Assembly: GCA_016186495.1 (NCBI GenBank)
Contig: JACPLO010000001.1
Span: forward strand, 11,907-75,906
Reading direction: 5' to 3'
From: Candidatus Niyogibacteria bacterium
GTDB taxonomy: Bacteria; Patescibacteriota; Minisyncoccia; JACROR01
DNA: 64,000 bases
The first letter of the stretch is position 1. Each line of letters starts with the position of its first letter. Both the position numbers and the translations under genes were made by a program. Under the pieces are notes generated by a model that saw only the letters and a program-made list of their open reading frames with translations, did no database searches and was not told the origin of the DNA. Positions 37,482 to 46,844 of the stretch are shown here, piece by piece.

Positions 37482-39097
37482 AAAATAACGTATTTTTACG
37501 TTCGGTTATTTGTGAAATTCCGCGTTTATTGGGCCAGTTAAATCGAAATCCATCTTCCCGTTCCTACGGATCTTTTGATCGGGCTTATTGGCATTATCGG
37601 ACGAATGATATAAGCTCCGCCCGTTATCAAGAGGCGGTTTTAACTTTAACGCTGCTTTATTCTTCGCCGTTTGAGGGGAATATTTATTATCAGGATAAAA
37701 ATATTTTGGAGTGGATTAACGCGGCTTTAAATTTTTCTTGCTCTATTCAAAATAAAGACGGTTCTTTTGATGAGTGGTATCCGTATGAGGGATCGTTTGT
37801 GGCCACTTCTTTTGTGGTTGCCGCCTTGGCCAAGGTTTTATCGCTTTTAGGAGAAGATAATATTCCTTCTTATAAAATCATCCGCGCGAGGCTTGAACGG
37901 GCGGCTGATTGGATTATTTGCCATGAAGAAAGTTTGGTTTTAAATCAAACCGCGGGAAGCGCTCTGGCTTTGCTGAATGTTTTTCTTTTAAACGGAGATA
38001 TTTTTTACAAGCAAGCGGCCGAAAAAAAAATTCAATTTATTCTTAAAAGTCAAACTAAAGAAGGATGGTGGAATGAATATGGCGGTCCGGACGCGGGTTA
38101 TTTGTCGCTGACGGTTGATTATCTGGTTAAATATTATCGTCAAACTGACGATCAAGATGTTTTATCAGCCGTTAAAAACGCGATATCGTTTTTTATTCAT
38201 TTTCTTCATCCTAATTTTACCGTTGGCGGAGAATATATGTCCCGCAATACCGAGTATTTGATTCCTTCCGGTTTTGCTTATTTTTCATCCTTTGACGAGA
38301 CGGCAAAAATTATCACTGCTTTCAGCGCGGCTTCGTTGGAGTTGAAGCAAGGAGTTAATCCGCAAAATCTTGATGACCGGTATCTTTGTTACATTCTTTA
38401 CAATTGGCTTGAAGCCGGCCTGATTTTTAACAATGAAAATTTTCTTAAGGAAAGCGAAGTTTATTTCCAAGAAAGGAGATTTGACGTATTTTTTAAGGAA
38501 GCAGGCATAAGGGTTATCCAAAATAAAAAATATTATTTTGTCGTTAATCTGCGAAAAGGCGGAGTTTTCAGGATATATTCAAAAGGGGCGGCTTATTTTG
38601 ATTCCGCCCTGGAAGTTGATTTTTCGGGAAAGGTTTACATTGCCAACGCACTTGATAAAAAAAATGAAATTGAATCAGGGCCGGATTTTTTGCGGGTGCG
38701 CGGCGCGTTGAAACCTGTTCAAGAACCGTTGCTGCGCGCTTTTACGATGATTGCGTTCAAGGCCTTTCAAATCACTTTAGGGAGAATGAACGTTTTTCAG
38801 AAATTGATGAAGAAATTTTTAAGAAAAAAGATGATTATTTACGAAAATTCAACTTCTTTGATTTTTGAGAGGTTATTGAAGATTTCTCATAACAATATTA
38901 AAATAAAAGATGTTCTTCATAAAGAAATATCCGGCAAGCATCTTCGTTTCGGTTTGAAATCTTCATACGCGTTTATTCCCAGCTCTAAATATTTTACGGT
39001 TCAGGAATTGGAGGCTGGTTCTCTGAAACCTTCCGAAGAAAAATGTTTTATTGAAAAAGGCAAAACTGTTGTCAGCCGGACTTTCTTTTTTGATTAA
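37466..39097 (+). CDS. hypothetical protein (soluble, ~543 aa)
   Basis: No recognisable catalytic motif; embedded in the glycan locus. Confidence 0.4.
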   Translation: MPQAIKNNVFLRSVICEIPRLLGQLNRNPSSRSYGSFDRAYWHYRTNDISSARYQEAVLTLTLLYSSPFEGNIYYQDKNILEWINAALNFSCSIQNKDGSFDEWYPYEGSFVATSFVVAALAKVLSLLGEDNIPSYKIIRARLERAADWIICHEESLVLNQTAGSALALLNVFLLNGDIFYKQAAEKKIQFILKSQTKEGWWNEYGGPDAGYLSLTVDYLVKYYRQTDDQDVLSAVKNAISFFIHFLHPNFTVGGEYMSRNTEYLIPSGFAYFSSFDETAKIITAFSAASLELKQGVNPQNLDDRYLCYILYNWLEAGLIFNNENFLKESEVYFQERRFDVFFKEAGIRVIQNKKYYFVVNLRKGGVFRIYSKGAAYFDSALEVDFSGKVYIANALDKKNEIESGPDFLRVRGALKPVQEPLLRAFTMIAFKAFQITLGRMNVFQKLMKKFLRKKMIIYENSTSLIFERLLKISHNNIKIKDVLHKEISGKHLRFGLKSSYAFIPSSKYFTVQELEAGSLKPSEEKCFIEKGKTVVSRTFFFD

Positions 39098-39103
39098 AAT
39101 AAT

Positions 39104-39400
39104 ATGTTTGGTTTTGATATAAATTTTTGGCTTATCTTGGGCTTTTTTGGGCAATTCCTGTTTTTTATGAGATTTTTTGTCCAATGGATCGCTTCCGAAA
39201 AAAGAAGGGAAAGTTTTTTCCCGGTTGCTTTTTGGTATTTTAGCATCGGCGGCGGCGTTATTCTTTTAATTTACGCCGTGTCCATTAAAGATCCGGTTTT
39301 TATTTTAGGGCAGGGCGCCGGATTGTTAATTTACATCAGAAATTTAGTTTTGATTCGGAAAAAAAATATTTTAAATAAATCTCACGCTCCGCAAATATGA
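39104..39400 (+). CDS. lipid-A-disaccharide synthase N-terminal (LAB_N) domain membrane protein
   Basis: 98 aa, 3 TM; RFFVQWIASEK...FWYFSIGGGVILLIYAVSIKDPVFILGQGAGLLIYIRNL matches LAB_N pattern as recalled. Confidence 0.5.
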   Translation: MFGFDINFWLILGFFGQFLFFMRFFVQWIASEKRRESFFPVAFWYFSIGGGVILLIYAVSIKDPVFILGQGAGLLIYIRNLVLIRKKNILNKSHAPQI

Positions 39401-41166
39401 ATTTATTAAGTTTAAAAAACATATTTAGCGCGGATTTTTTGGAGAAATACGGCCTAGTTTTTATTCTCGCGCTTTTTGTCGCGTTTGGCATAGTCGGAAT
39501 TTTTTATAATTATTCAATTTCCAATACGATTGGCGAAGAGTCTATTTTGATGGCGGCCACCTTAAAAATGATCGCCGAATTATCATTAAGGCCGAATTAT
39601 CCGACTATGTATCATATGCCGTTCGGGACATATTTTTATTTGCCGTTTTTTATTGTTTTGCTTGTTTTTTTAAGGCTTTCCGGCTTATTTGCCAGCTTAG
39701 AGGAATTGAAAGTTTTTGGAATAACAGATTATGAAAAATTATTGCCGATGGCAAGATTTATTTCAATATTTTTAGGAGTAGCCTCGGTATATATGGTTTA
39801 TAGAATTTGTGAAAAATTATTCAATAATAAATTTATTTCTCTAGTCGCTTCATTTTTGCTTGCCACCAATCTAATATTCGTGCAGATGTCCCATTTCGGC
39901 AAAGTTTGGATTATCCAGATATTTATTGTTCTGTTAACTTTTTATTTTATTGTTGCTTTATATCAAAAAGAACGGCCCGGATTTAAGGATTATTTTTATC
40001 CCGCGCTTTTGACGGCAATTTCTTTCGGCGTCCATTTTATCGGCATATTGATTTATCTGCCATTTTTAACGGCGCATTATTTGAAAAATAAAGAAAAGAA
40101 ATTTAGGGAGATTTTTATAACAAACAGGAATTTTTGGCTCTCTAATTTAGTGATCGCGATTATATTATTGTTTATTTTTTATTTAAACCCTTATGGATTT
40201 GCCAATTACGGCCTGCGATCCGTGGCGGCGGCCGCGGCTATTATTCAGGAGAGCGCCGGCGCCAGCGGCGGTTATGATTTTTGGTTAATGTTCAGCAATT
40301 ACGGAAAAGTATTGTTTGAAAACGGTCCGGCTCTGACCATAATATTTGTTTTCAGTTTAATTCCCTTATTTTTGCGAAGGAGAGATTTATTTTTTATATT
40401 CAACTCTTTTATATTCGGCTACTATATTATTATAGGCCCGATCCTCGGCCCGACAATCGGAATTAACGGCCGAGGATTTTATATCTCGCCTATTATACCG
40501 TTTATGGCTGTTGTGTCCGCTTTTGGTATTTATGTGTTTTATAAAAGTGATTTATTAGGCAAAAGGATAAATCCCGTTAGAAATATTATTTCTAACGGGA
40601 TAAAGATTTTCTTACTGGCTTTGGTTTTTCTTTTTTCCGCGTACATTCCGATTTTATGGAATTATAAGCTGATTCAGCCCAGCGCCTGGATTTTGGCTAA
40701 AGATTGGATTTATAATAATCTACCGTCGGGAGTAAGCATAATCAATCTCAATACCGAGCTTCCCATTAATGAAAATAAGGAGTCTGTGGAAGATACCAGA
40801 GTTTATACGCCGAATTTTTTTACAAAAAAACAGGATTATTTGTCGTCAGTCGGCGATAATCAATATCCCAAGCCCAATTATTACGTTTTAAAGTTCGCCG
40901 ATTATAGAGAGGGTATTCCTAAGGCCGTTTTAGATAGAGGTTTTGATTATATGGTTATAGAATGGTGGGATCAGGCGAGATATGAAAAAACTATGCAAGA
41001 TGTCCGTCAACTTAATTTAGAAGAAATAAATTTAATTAAAATATTTCCGGCTGGCGCCTCTTCCACTACCTTAAATATGGATATGGAAAATATAAAGAAT
41101 CCCCTTATTAATTTGCGAAAAATAGACCATACGGGACCGGTTATCGCTATTTATAAATTAAAATAA
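39397..41166 (+). CDS. GT-C fold membrane glycosyltransferase-like protein (ArnT/PMT_2-like)
   Basis: 589 aa, >10 TM; loop motif IGEESILMAATLKMIAE; contains in-frame palindrome at 40571-40601. Confidence 0.45.
   Translation: MNLLSLKNIFSADFLEKYGLVFILALFVAFGIVGIFYNYSISNTIGEESILMAATLKMIAELSLRPNYPTMYHMPFGTYFYLPFFIVLLVFLRLSGLFASLEELKVFGITDYEKLLPMARFISIFLGVASVYMVYRICEKLFNNKFISLVASFLLATNLIFVQMSHFGKVWIIQIFIVLLTFYFIVALYQKERPGFKDYFYPALLTAISFGVHFIGILIYLPFLTAHYLKNKEKKFREIFITNRNFWLSNLVIAIILLFIFYLNPYGFANYGLRSVAAAAAIIQESAGASGGYDFWLMFSNYGKVLFENGPALTIIFVFSLIPLFLRRRDLFFIFNSFIFGYYIIIGPILGPTIGINGRGFYISPIIPFMAVVSAFGIYVFYKSDLLGKRINPVRNIISNGIKIFLLALVFLFSAYIPILWNYKLIQPSAWILAKDWIYNNLPSGVSIINLNTELPINENKESVEDTRVYTPNFFTKKQDYLSSVGDNQYPKPNYYVLKFADYREGIPKAVLDRGFDYMVIEWWDQARYEKTMQDVRQLNLEEINLIKIFPAGASSTTLNMDMENIKNPLINLRKIDHTGPVIAIYKLK
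40571..40601. repeat. 31-bp perfect palindrome ATCCCGTTAGAAATA-T-TATTTCTAACGGGAT inside CDS
   Basis: 15-bp arms with single-base centre; translated as NPVRNIISNGI; minimal member of CCCGTTAGAA family. Confidence 0.8.
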
Positions 41167-41172
41167 ATAGCC

Positions 41173-41832
41173 ATGCAAATTTTAAATGGCGCGCAATTCA
41201 AAAAAATGGATTTTTGGAAAGCAATGGCGGCCGGAGAAGGTATTGCGATTTTAGCTTTACCGGTAATTAACAACTTAAATTTTTTCGGAGCGGTTTCTGT
41301 AAAAAATAGTTTTATTTTACCGGTGTTTTTGATTGCCTGGATGATTATTTTGCCTTTTGCCGCTGCTGTCGGGCTTTATCTGGTTTATTTGCTCACCGCG
41401 CATAAATGGCCGATTGTTTTCCAAATAGGCAAATATGGCGTTATCGGCATTCTAAATACTGTTATGACGGCGGGTATTTTTAATTTTTTTATATGGATGA
41501 CCGGCAGAGCAACGGGTTTAATGGTGGATTTTTTTATTTTTATCGCTTTTGTCGTGACCGTGACCCATAGTTTTTTTTGGAATAAGTTTTGGACATTTGG
41601 CGCCAATCACAGAGACGGCGCGGAAATGGAATATGTAAAATTTTTTTCCGTTACCGGATTCACGGCATTGCTGGAGGTTGTCATAATGCATATTTTTATA
41701 AATACGATCGGCGCGCCTTCCGGCATTGATCCTAAAATTTGGGCGAATGTGGCGTTTGCTATTTTGATTCCCATGGCGTTTCTTGGAAATTTTTTCGGTT
41801 ATAAAATTTTTGTTTTTAAAAAATATCCTTAA
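41173..41832 (+). CDS. GtrA-family membrane protein with extra N-terminal TM segments
   Basis: 219 aa; GtrA-like core (KYGVIGILNTVMTAGIFNFFIW ... HSFFWNKFWTFG). Confidence 0.55.
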   Translation: MQILNGAQFKKMDFWKAMAAGEGIAILALPVINNLNFFGAVSVKNSFILPVFLIAWMIILPFAAAVGLYLVYLLTAHKWPIVFQIGKYGVIGILNTVMTAGIFNFFIWMTGRATGLMVDFFIFIAFVVTVTHSFFWNKFWTFGANHRDGAEMEYVKFFSVTGFTALLEVVIMHIFINTIGAPSGIDPKIWANVAFAILIPMAFLGNFFGYKIFVFKKYP

Positions 41833-41847
41833 TTTTTACCATCGTTT

Positions 41848-42882
41848 ATGGAAAAAGAATTTAAAAAATTTTTCAAAAATAAAACTTTTTTAGTGTGCGG
41901 CGGATGTGGTTTTATGGGATCCAATTTTATTCATTATGTTGCGCGAAATTTTAACGAAGCGAAGATTATAAATCTTGATTTGTTGACCTACGCGGGAAAT
42001 AAAGACAATTTATCAGGCATCAAAAGGACGGGATATAAGTTTATCAGGGGTGATATTTGCGATGTCGCGTTGGTAAAAAAATTAATGCGCGATGCTGATT
42101 TTGTGATTAATTTTGCGGCTGAAACGCATGTTGACAGGTCGGTTCATTCCGCGGCCGATGATTTTATTCGCACGAATATTTTAGGAGTCCACTCTCTTAT
42201 AAAGGCATTGCAGTCATCAGTCGGCGTTAGTAAGATGGTGCATATTTCTACCGACGAAGTTTGGGGTGATTTGCCGCTTAAATCAAAAGCCAAATTTAAT
42301 GAAGATTCCGCGATCAGACCGAATTCTCCGTATGCCGCGTCCAAAGCCGCGGGTGATGCTTTGATCAGGGCGTATGTAAAGACACACGGATTGCCTGTCA
42401 TAGTTTCGCATTCCGTCAATAATTTCGGGCCAAGGCAGTTTCCGGAAAAACTCATTCCATTTTTTGTTTTGCGCGCGATGCGCGATAAGCCGCTGCCGTT
42501 GTACGGAGACGGAAAAAATGTCCGCGATTGGATTTACGTTGATGACCACACTACGGCAATTTTAACGATTCTTTATCGGGCGCAAGCCGGAGATATTTAT
42601 GCCATCTCCAGAGATGAGGAATGTTCCAATATAGAAATAGCCGATAAAATTCTTAAAATTTTACAAAAACCAAAAACTTTGATAACTTTTGTCAAAGACA
42701 GACCCGGGCACGACCGAAGATATTCCGTAGATTCATCAAGATTAAAGCGTCTTGGCTGGAAGCCGCGGTATTCCTTGGACAGCCAAATCGTAGAAACGAT
42801 AAAGTGGTATGAGGAAAATAAATTATGGGTCAATAATATAATCAAGAAAAGCAGTGGCATAAATACTCATCTTAGCGTATAA
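41848..42882 (+). CDS. rfbB: dTDP-glucose 4,6-dehydratase
   Basis: 344 aa; GGCGFMGSNF, YAASKAAGD, DRPGHDRRYSVDSSRLKRLGWKP. Confidence 0.9.
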   Translation: MEKEFKKFFKNKTFLVCGGCGFMGSNFIHYVARNFNEAKIINLDLLTYAGNKDNLSGIKRTGYKFIRGDICDVALVKKLMRDADFVINFAAETHVDRSVHSAADDFIRTNILGVHSLIKALQSSVGVSKMVHISTDEVWGDLPLKSKAKFNEDSAIRPNSPYAASKAAGDALIRAYVKTHGLPVIVSHSVNNFGPRQFPEKLIPFFVLRAMRDKPLPLYGDGKNVRDWIYVDDHTTAILTILYRAQAGDIYAISRDEECSNIEIADKILKILQKPKTLITFVKDRPGHDRRYSVDSSRLKRLGWKPRYSLDSQIVETIKWYEENKLWVNNIIKKSSGINTHLSV

Positions 42883-42892
42883 TTTCAGCGTT

Positions 42893-44341
42893 ATGAAAGG
42901 AGTTATTCTTGCCGGAGGTAAGGGGACGCGACTGCATCCCTTTACTCATATTACTAATAAGCACCTTTTGCCGGTATACAATAAGCCGGTTATTTATTAT
43001 GCGGTTGAAAAACTGGCTTTAGCCGGTATTGAGCAGATTATGATCGTGACGTCTCCAGAACACGTAGATAATTTTATAAAAATTTTAGGTTCGGGTGAAA
43101 ATTTTATTTTCAAAAAAACGGCAAAACCCGTTAAGATAAATTACGGCATACAAAAAACTCCGGGCGGCATAGCCGAAGGCCTGCATATTGCCAAGGATTA
43201 TGTGGGTAAGGACGACTGCATTCTTTATCTCGGGGATAATGTTATAGAAGAAGACATAAGCGAGCATATAAAAAATTTTAAGGATGGAGCCACGGTTTTT
43301 CTGAAAGAAGTTAACGATCCGTGGCGTTTTGGCATAGCGACTGTCGCTTCGACTGGCGCGATTACCGAAATTATCGAAAAGCCGAAAAACCCTCCGACTA
43401 ATCTCGCGGTTGTTGGAATTTATATTTACGATAATTCTGTTTTTAAAAAAATGGTTGGACAGCCCAAGTCGGACAGAGGCGAGTATGAGATAACATATAT
43501 TAATAATAAATATATTGAAGAGGGAAAGCTTAAATCGGTGCTGCTTGAGAAAAAATGGTTTGATATCGGAACAATAGACAGTTTATTGGAAGCGGGGAAT
43601 TTTATACGCAGCCGCAATTTGCTTTGCGCCAAGGTAAAATCGCTTTCCATTCTTTTAACTTGTTTCAACGATAAAGGAACGGCCGCGAGCGTTATATTAG
43701 AAGCAAAAAAAATAGCTCAATCTTTGACGGACGATTTTGAAATTATAGTTGTTGACGATGGATCATCTGACGGAAGCCGTGAACTTTTTATGGGACTCGC
43801 GAAGAACATTCCAGAGCTAAAACTCGTCTTTCACGAAAGTCCCAAAGGACACGGCGCGGCTTTGAGAGACGGCTTTCGGTTCGCGGCTAAAGACATTGTT
43901 TTTTACACCGACGGCGATGGACAATACGATATTAATGAACTGTATCTTTTGGTGGAAAAACTTGACGACAATGTTGATATGGTTAATAGTTATAAAGTAA
44001 AAAAGATTGATCCTTTGCGCCGTATTGTCATCGGTTATATTTATCAGCAGGTTGCGAAATGGTTTTTTTGGCTTCCGATTAAAGACCCTGATTGCGATTT
44101 TCGTCTTATTCGCCGTAAAGTTCTTGATTCTGTTGAGTTAAAAAGCGACAGCGGAACCATTACCATAGAGCTTATTAAAAAAATTCAAAGAGCGAACTTT
44201 CGTTTAGTTGAAGTCGGGATTTCCCACTATAGCCGCACATGCGGACCGTCCCAGTTTTTTACGCCGAAACGCATTGCAAAAGCGTTTTATCGCCTTGCCG
44301 TACTCTGGTTTGACTTATTTTTAAAAAGAGGAACGATATGA
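42893..44341 (+). CDS. fusion: glucose-1-phosphate nucleotidyltransferase (RfbA-like) + family 2 glycosyltransferase
   Basis: 482 aa; N-term MKGVILAGGKGTRLHPFT...; C-term GT2 (IIVVDDGSSDGS...YTDGDGQYD) paralogous to ORF 45072-45806. Confidence 0.75.
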   Translation: MKGVILAGGKGTRLHPFTHITNKHLLPVYNKPVIYYAVEKLALAGIEQIMIVTSPEHVDNFIKILGSGENFIFKKTAKPVKINYGIQKTPGGIAEGLHIAKDYVGKDDCILYLGDNVIEEDISEHIKNFKDGATVFLKEVNDPWRFGIATVASTGAITEIIEKPKNPPTNLAVVGIYIYDNSVFKKMVGQPKSDRGEYEITYINNKYIEEGKLKSVLLEKKWFDIGTIDSLLEAGNFIRSRNLLCAKVKSLSILLTCFNDKGTAASVILEAKKIAQSLTDDFEIIVVDDGSSDGSRELFMGLAKNIPELKLVFHESPKGHGAALRDGFRFAAKDIVFYTDGDGQYDINELYLLVEKLDDNVDMVNSYKVKKIDPLRRIVIGYIYQQVAKWFFWLPIKDPDCDFRLIRRKVLDSVELKSDSGTITIELIKKIQRANFRLVEVGISHYSRTCGPSQFFTPKRIAKAFYRLAVLWFDLFLKRGTI

Positions 44342-44373
44342 TTAAAAATCAGATTTTTATCTTATGTTAACTT

Positions 44374-45093
44374 TTGTATATGAGACACGACGAATATCAA
44401 AATATAGCCGATCAGGATGAAAAGCATTGGATGTGTTTAGGTCGGGCCGAAATAATGAACAAGGTTTTGAATAGATTTAACGCCGGCGGATCAATTTTAG
44501 ATGTGGGATGCGGGACAGGTTATATCAGCAAATTATTAAAGCAAAGAGGCGATGTTAAATGCTTAGATATAAACAATGAGGCCATAAGGATATGCCGTGA
44601 GCGGGGATTAAATATTGAAAAAGGAGGCGTTGAGAACATTCCTTATCCGGAAAACAGCTTTGATTTAGTCGTTTGCATGGATGTTTTATACCATCGGGAA
44701 GTAAAAAACGAAGAAGCGGCTTTAAAAGAATTGAAAAGGGTTTTAAGGCCGGGCGGATACTTGTTGATTTTTTTGCCTGCGCACATGTATTTATTTGGCA
44801 GTCATGACCGCGCCGAATTCACCCGCAGGCGTTATGAAAAAAATGACGTATTGGAATTATTCAAAAAAACAGGACTTGAAATGAAATATTTTACTTTCGC
44901 GAATTTCTTTTTATTTCCCGTTGTTTATTTTAGGCGGAAATTTATGGGCGAGTCCGAACAATCGGACTTTGTGGAGATGCCAAGAATTATAAATTGGTTA
45001 TTGTTGACTATTTTAAGACTGGAAGCTTGGTGGATATCAATGTTTTCTTTTCCTAACGGAGTCGCCATAGTTTGTTTGGGCAAAAAAATATGA
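44374..45093 (+). CDS. class I SAM-dependent methyltransferase
   Basis: 239 aa; ILDVGCGTGYIS, RVLRPGGYLLI. Confidence 0.6.
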   Translation: MYMRHDEYQNIADQDEKHWMCLGRAEIMNKVLNRFNAGGSILDVGCGTGYISKLLKQRGDVKCLDINNEAIRICRERGLNIEKGGVENIPYPENSFDLVVCMDVLYHREVKNEEAALKELKRVLRPGGYLLIFLPAHMYLFGSHDRAEFTRRRYEKNDVLELFKKTGLEMKYFTFANFFLFPVVYFRRKFMGESEQSDFVEMPRIINWLLLTILRLEAWWISMFSFPNGVAIVCLGKKI

Positions 45094-45806
45094 AAATCAA
45101 CAGCTTATCTATATTTTTTCCTTGTTATAATGATAAGGGCACTATTCAAGGATTGATAGAAAAATCCATTAAAACCGTTAAGGATCTTGGAATAGAAGAT
45201 TATGAAATAATCGTTGTTGACGATGGCAGCGCTGATGGTGCTCGTGAATTGCTTTTGTCTTTGCAAAATGCCATTCCGAAACTTAAAGTCGTATTTCATG
45301 AAAAAAATCGCGGATATGGCGAGGCGTTAAAAAGCGGATTTGCAGCCGCCGGCAAAGAATGGGTATTTTATACGGACGGCGACGCTCAATACGACGTTGG
45401 AGAACTGTCTTTGTTAGTTAATGCCTTGAAGGAGGAAATAGATGTGGTAAATGGATATAAAATTAAACGCCGAGATCCGCTAAACAGAATTATAATCGGA
45501 AAAATATATCAATGGGTCATTAAAATCGTTTTTTTTCTGAAAGTTCGCGATGTGGATTGCGATTTTCGTCTTATTAGAAAGTCAAAAATTGATGAAATTA
45601 GATTAACGAGCGATGGAGGAAGCGCTTGCATGGAGTTGTCAAAAAGATTACAGAACGCCGGAGCAAGATTAGCCAATGTTCCTGTTCATCATTACAAGCG
45701 CGTATACGGACAATCGCAGTTTTTTAAAGTTTCCAGGATTACCAGCACGCTTATCATGTTAATTAAGCTTTGGTGGGAGTTGGTTTTACTCGGTAAATTC
45801 AAATAA
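45072..45806 (+). CDS. glycosyltransferase family 2 (paralog of C-terminal domain of 42893-44341)
   Basis: 244 aa; IIVVDDGSADGA...YTDGDAQYD...DCDFRLIRK; ~45% identity by eye to the fusion's GT2 domain. Confidence 0.75.
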   Translation: MFGQKNMKINSLSIFFPCYNDKGTIQGLIEKSIKTVKDLGIEDYEIIVVDDGSADGARELLLSLQNAIPKLKVVFHEKNRGYGEALKSGFAAAGKEWVFYTDGDAQYDVGELSLLVNALKEEIDVVNGYKIKRRDPLNRIIIGKIYQWVIKIVFFLKVRDVDCDFRLIRKSKIDEIRLTSDGGSACMELSKRLQNAGARLANVPVHHYKRVYGQSQFFKVSRITSTLIMLIKLWWELVLLGKFK

Positions 45807-45820
45807 AGCGTTATTGCATT

Positions 45821-46408
45821 ATGAGTTTTATTCAAAATTTAACTGCTAAGCCCGCTATCCTTGATTTTTTAAGAAAGCTTTTGGAGAACAATCATCGTGG
45901 CGAAAAACAGGTTATTTTAAATGAGCTTCCTGATAGAATTTCTAAAAAAGTGCTTGATTTGGGCTGCGGCACTGGCGCGTTTTCTCCGTTTTTTGGTCCG
46001 GATTATATCGGAATGGATATTTCAGAAAAATATATTGAATATGCGCGCCATAAATATAGCGATAGAACTTTTTTGGCGGGGGATGCGCAAACACTGGATT
46101 TTCCCGCCAGCTTTTTTGATATTATTTTCGTCAACGGAGTTTTGCATCATTTAGATGATGACACGGTGTTGAAAATAACGCGAGAAATAAATAGGGTGTT
46201 GCGGCCGGAAGGCCGAGCGCTTATTATGGAAAATATTTTGAACGAAACATTATTGTCTAAATTAATTGCTATGCTGGATTTAGGAAAATATATCCGCCCT
46301 TCCGGCGGCTATCGCCGTCTTTTGGCTGAATATTTTAATATTGCCGATACTTATCCGATAAGAATGGGAATTTGCGATTACCAGGTTTTTGTTTTAACCA
46401 AAAATTAA
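45821..46408 (+). CDS. class I SAM-dependent methyltransferase
   Basis: 195 aa; VLDLGCGTGAFS, RVLRPEGRALI. Confidence 0.6.
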   Translation: MSFIQNLTAKPAILDFLRKLLENNHRGEKQVILNELPDRISKKVLDLGCGTGAFSPFFGPDYIGMDISEKYIEYARHKYSDRTFLAGDAQTLDFPASFFDIIFVNGVLHHLDDDTVLKITREINRVLRPEGRALIMENILNETLLSKLIAMLDLGKYIRPSGGYRRLLAEYFNIADTYPIRMGICDYQVFVLTKN

Positions 46409-46412
46409 TATA

Positions 46413-46844
46413 ATGGCAAAAATTAAGGTGAAAAACGCGAATTTTATCAAGTTGCCGATTTTTAGCAATTACCCGCATGGCGATTTGGGCGTTGGTGAGA
46501 TTAAGAAAAACATTCCCTTTGCGATCAAGAAATTTTATTTTATTAATCATATGTTTGATCCGAAAACCATTCGCGGCAGGCACGCCCATAAAAAATTACA
46601 GCAGGCGCTTTTTTGCATTAACGGTTCTTTTGAATTGCATTTGGATGACGGATACAAAAAGCAAAGAATTTTAATGAATGATCCGTCATCGGGCGTGTTT
46701 TTGGGAGCAAAACTTTGGCGCGTTATGAAAAAATTTTCGCGCGATTGCGTTATTTTGGTGCTTGCCGGCGATTATTATAAAAAAAACGATTACATTAGGG
46801 ATTACGAGAGTTTTTTAAGATATGTGAAAAATAAAACAAAATAA
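46413..46844 (+). CDS. WxcM/FdtA-like cupin (NDP-sugar 3,4-ketoisomerase-like)
   Basis: 143 aa; IRGRHAHKKLQQALFCINGSFELHLDDG pattern of FdtA/WxcM C-domain. Confidence 0.5.
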   Translation: MAKIKVKNANFIKLPIFSNYPHGDLGVGEIKKNIPFAIKKFYFINHMFDPKTIRGRHAHKKLQQALFCINGSFELHLDDGYKKQRILMNDPSSGVFLGAKLWRVMKKFSRDCVILVLAGDYYKKNDYIRDYESFLRYVKNKTK

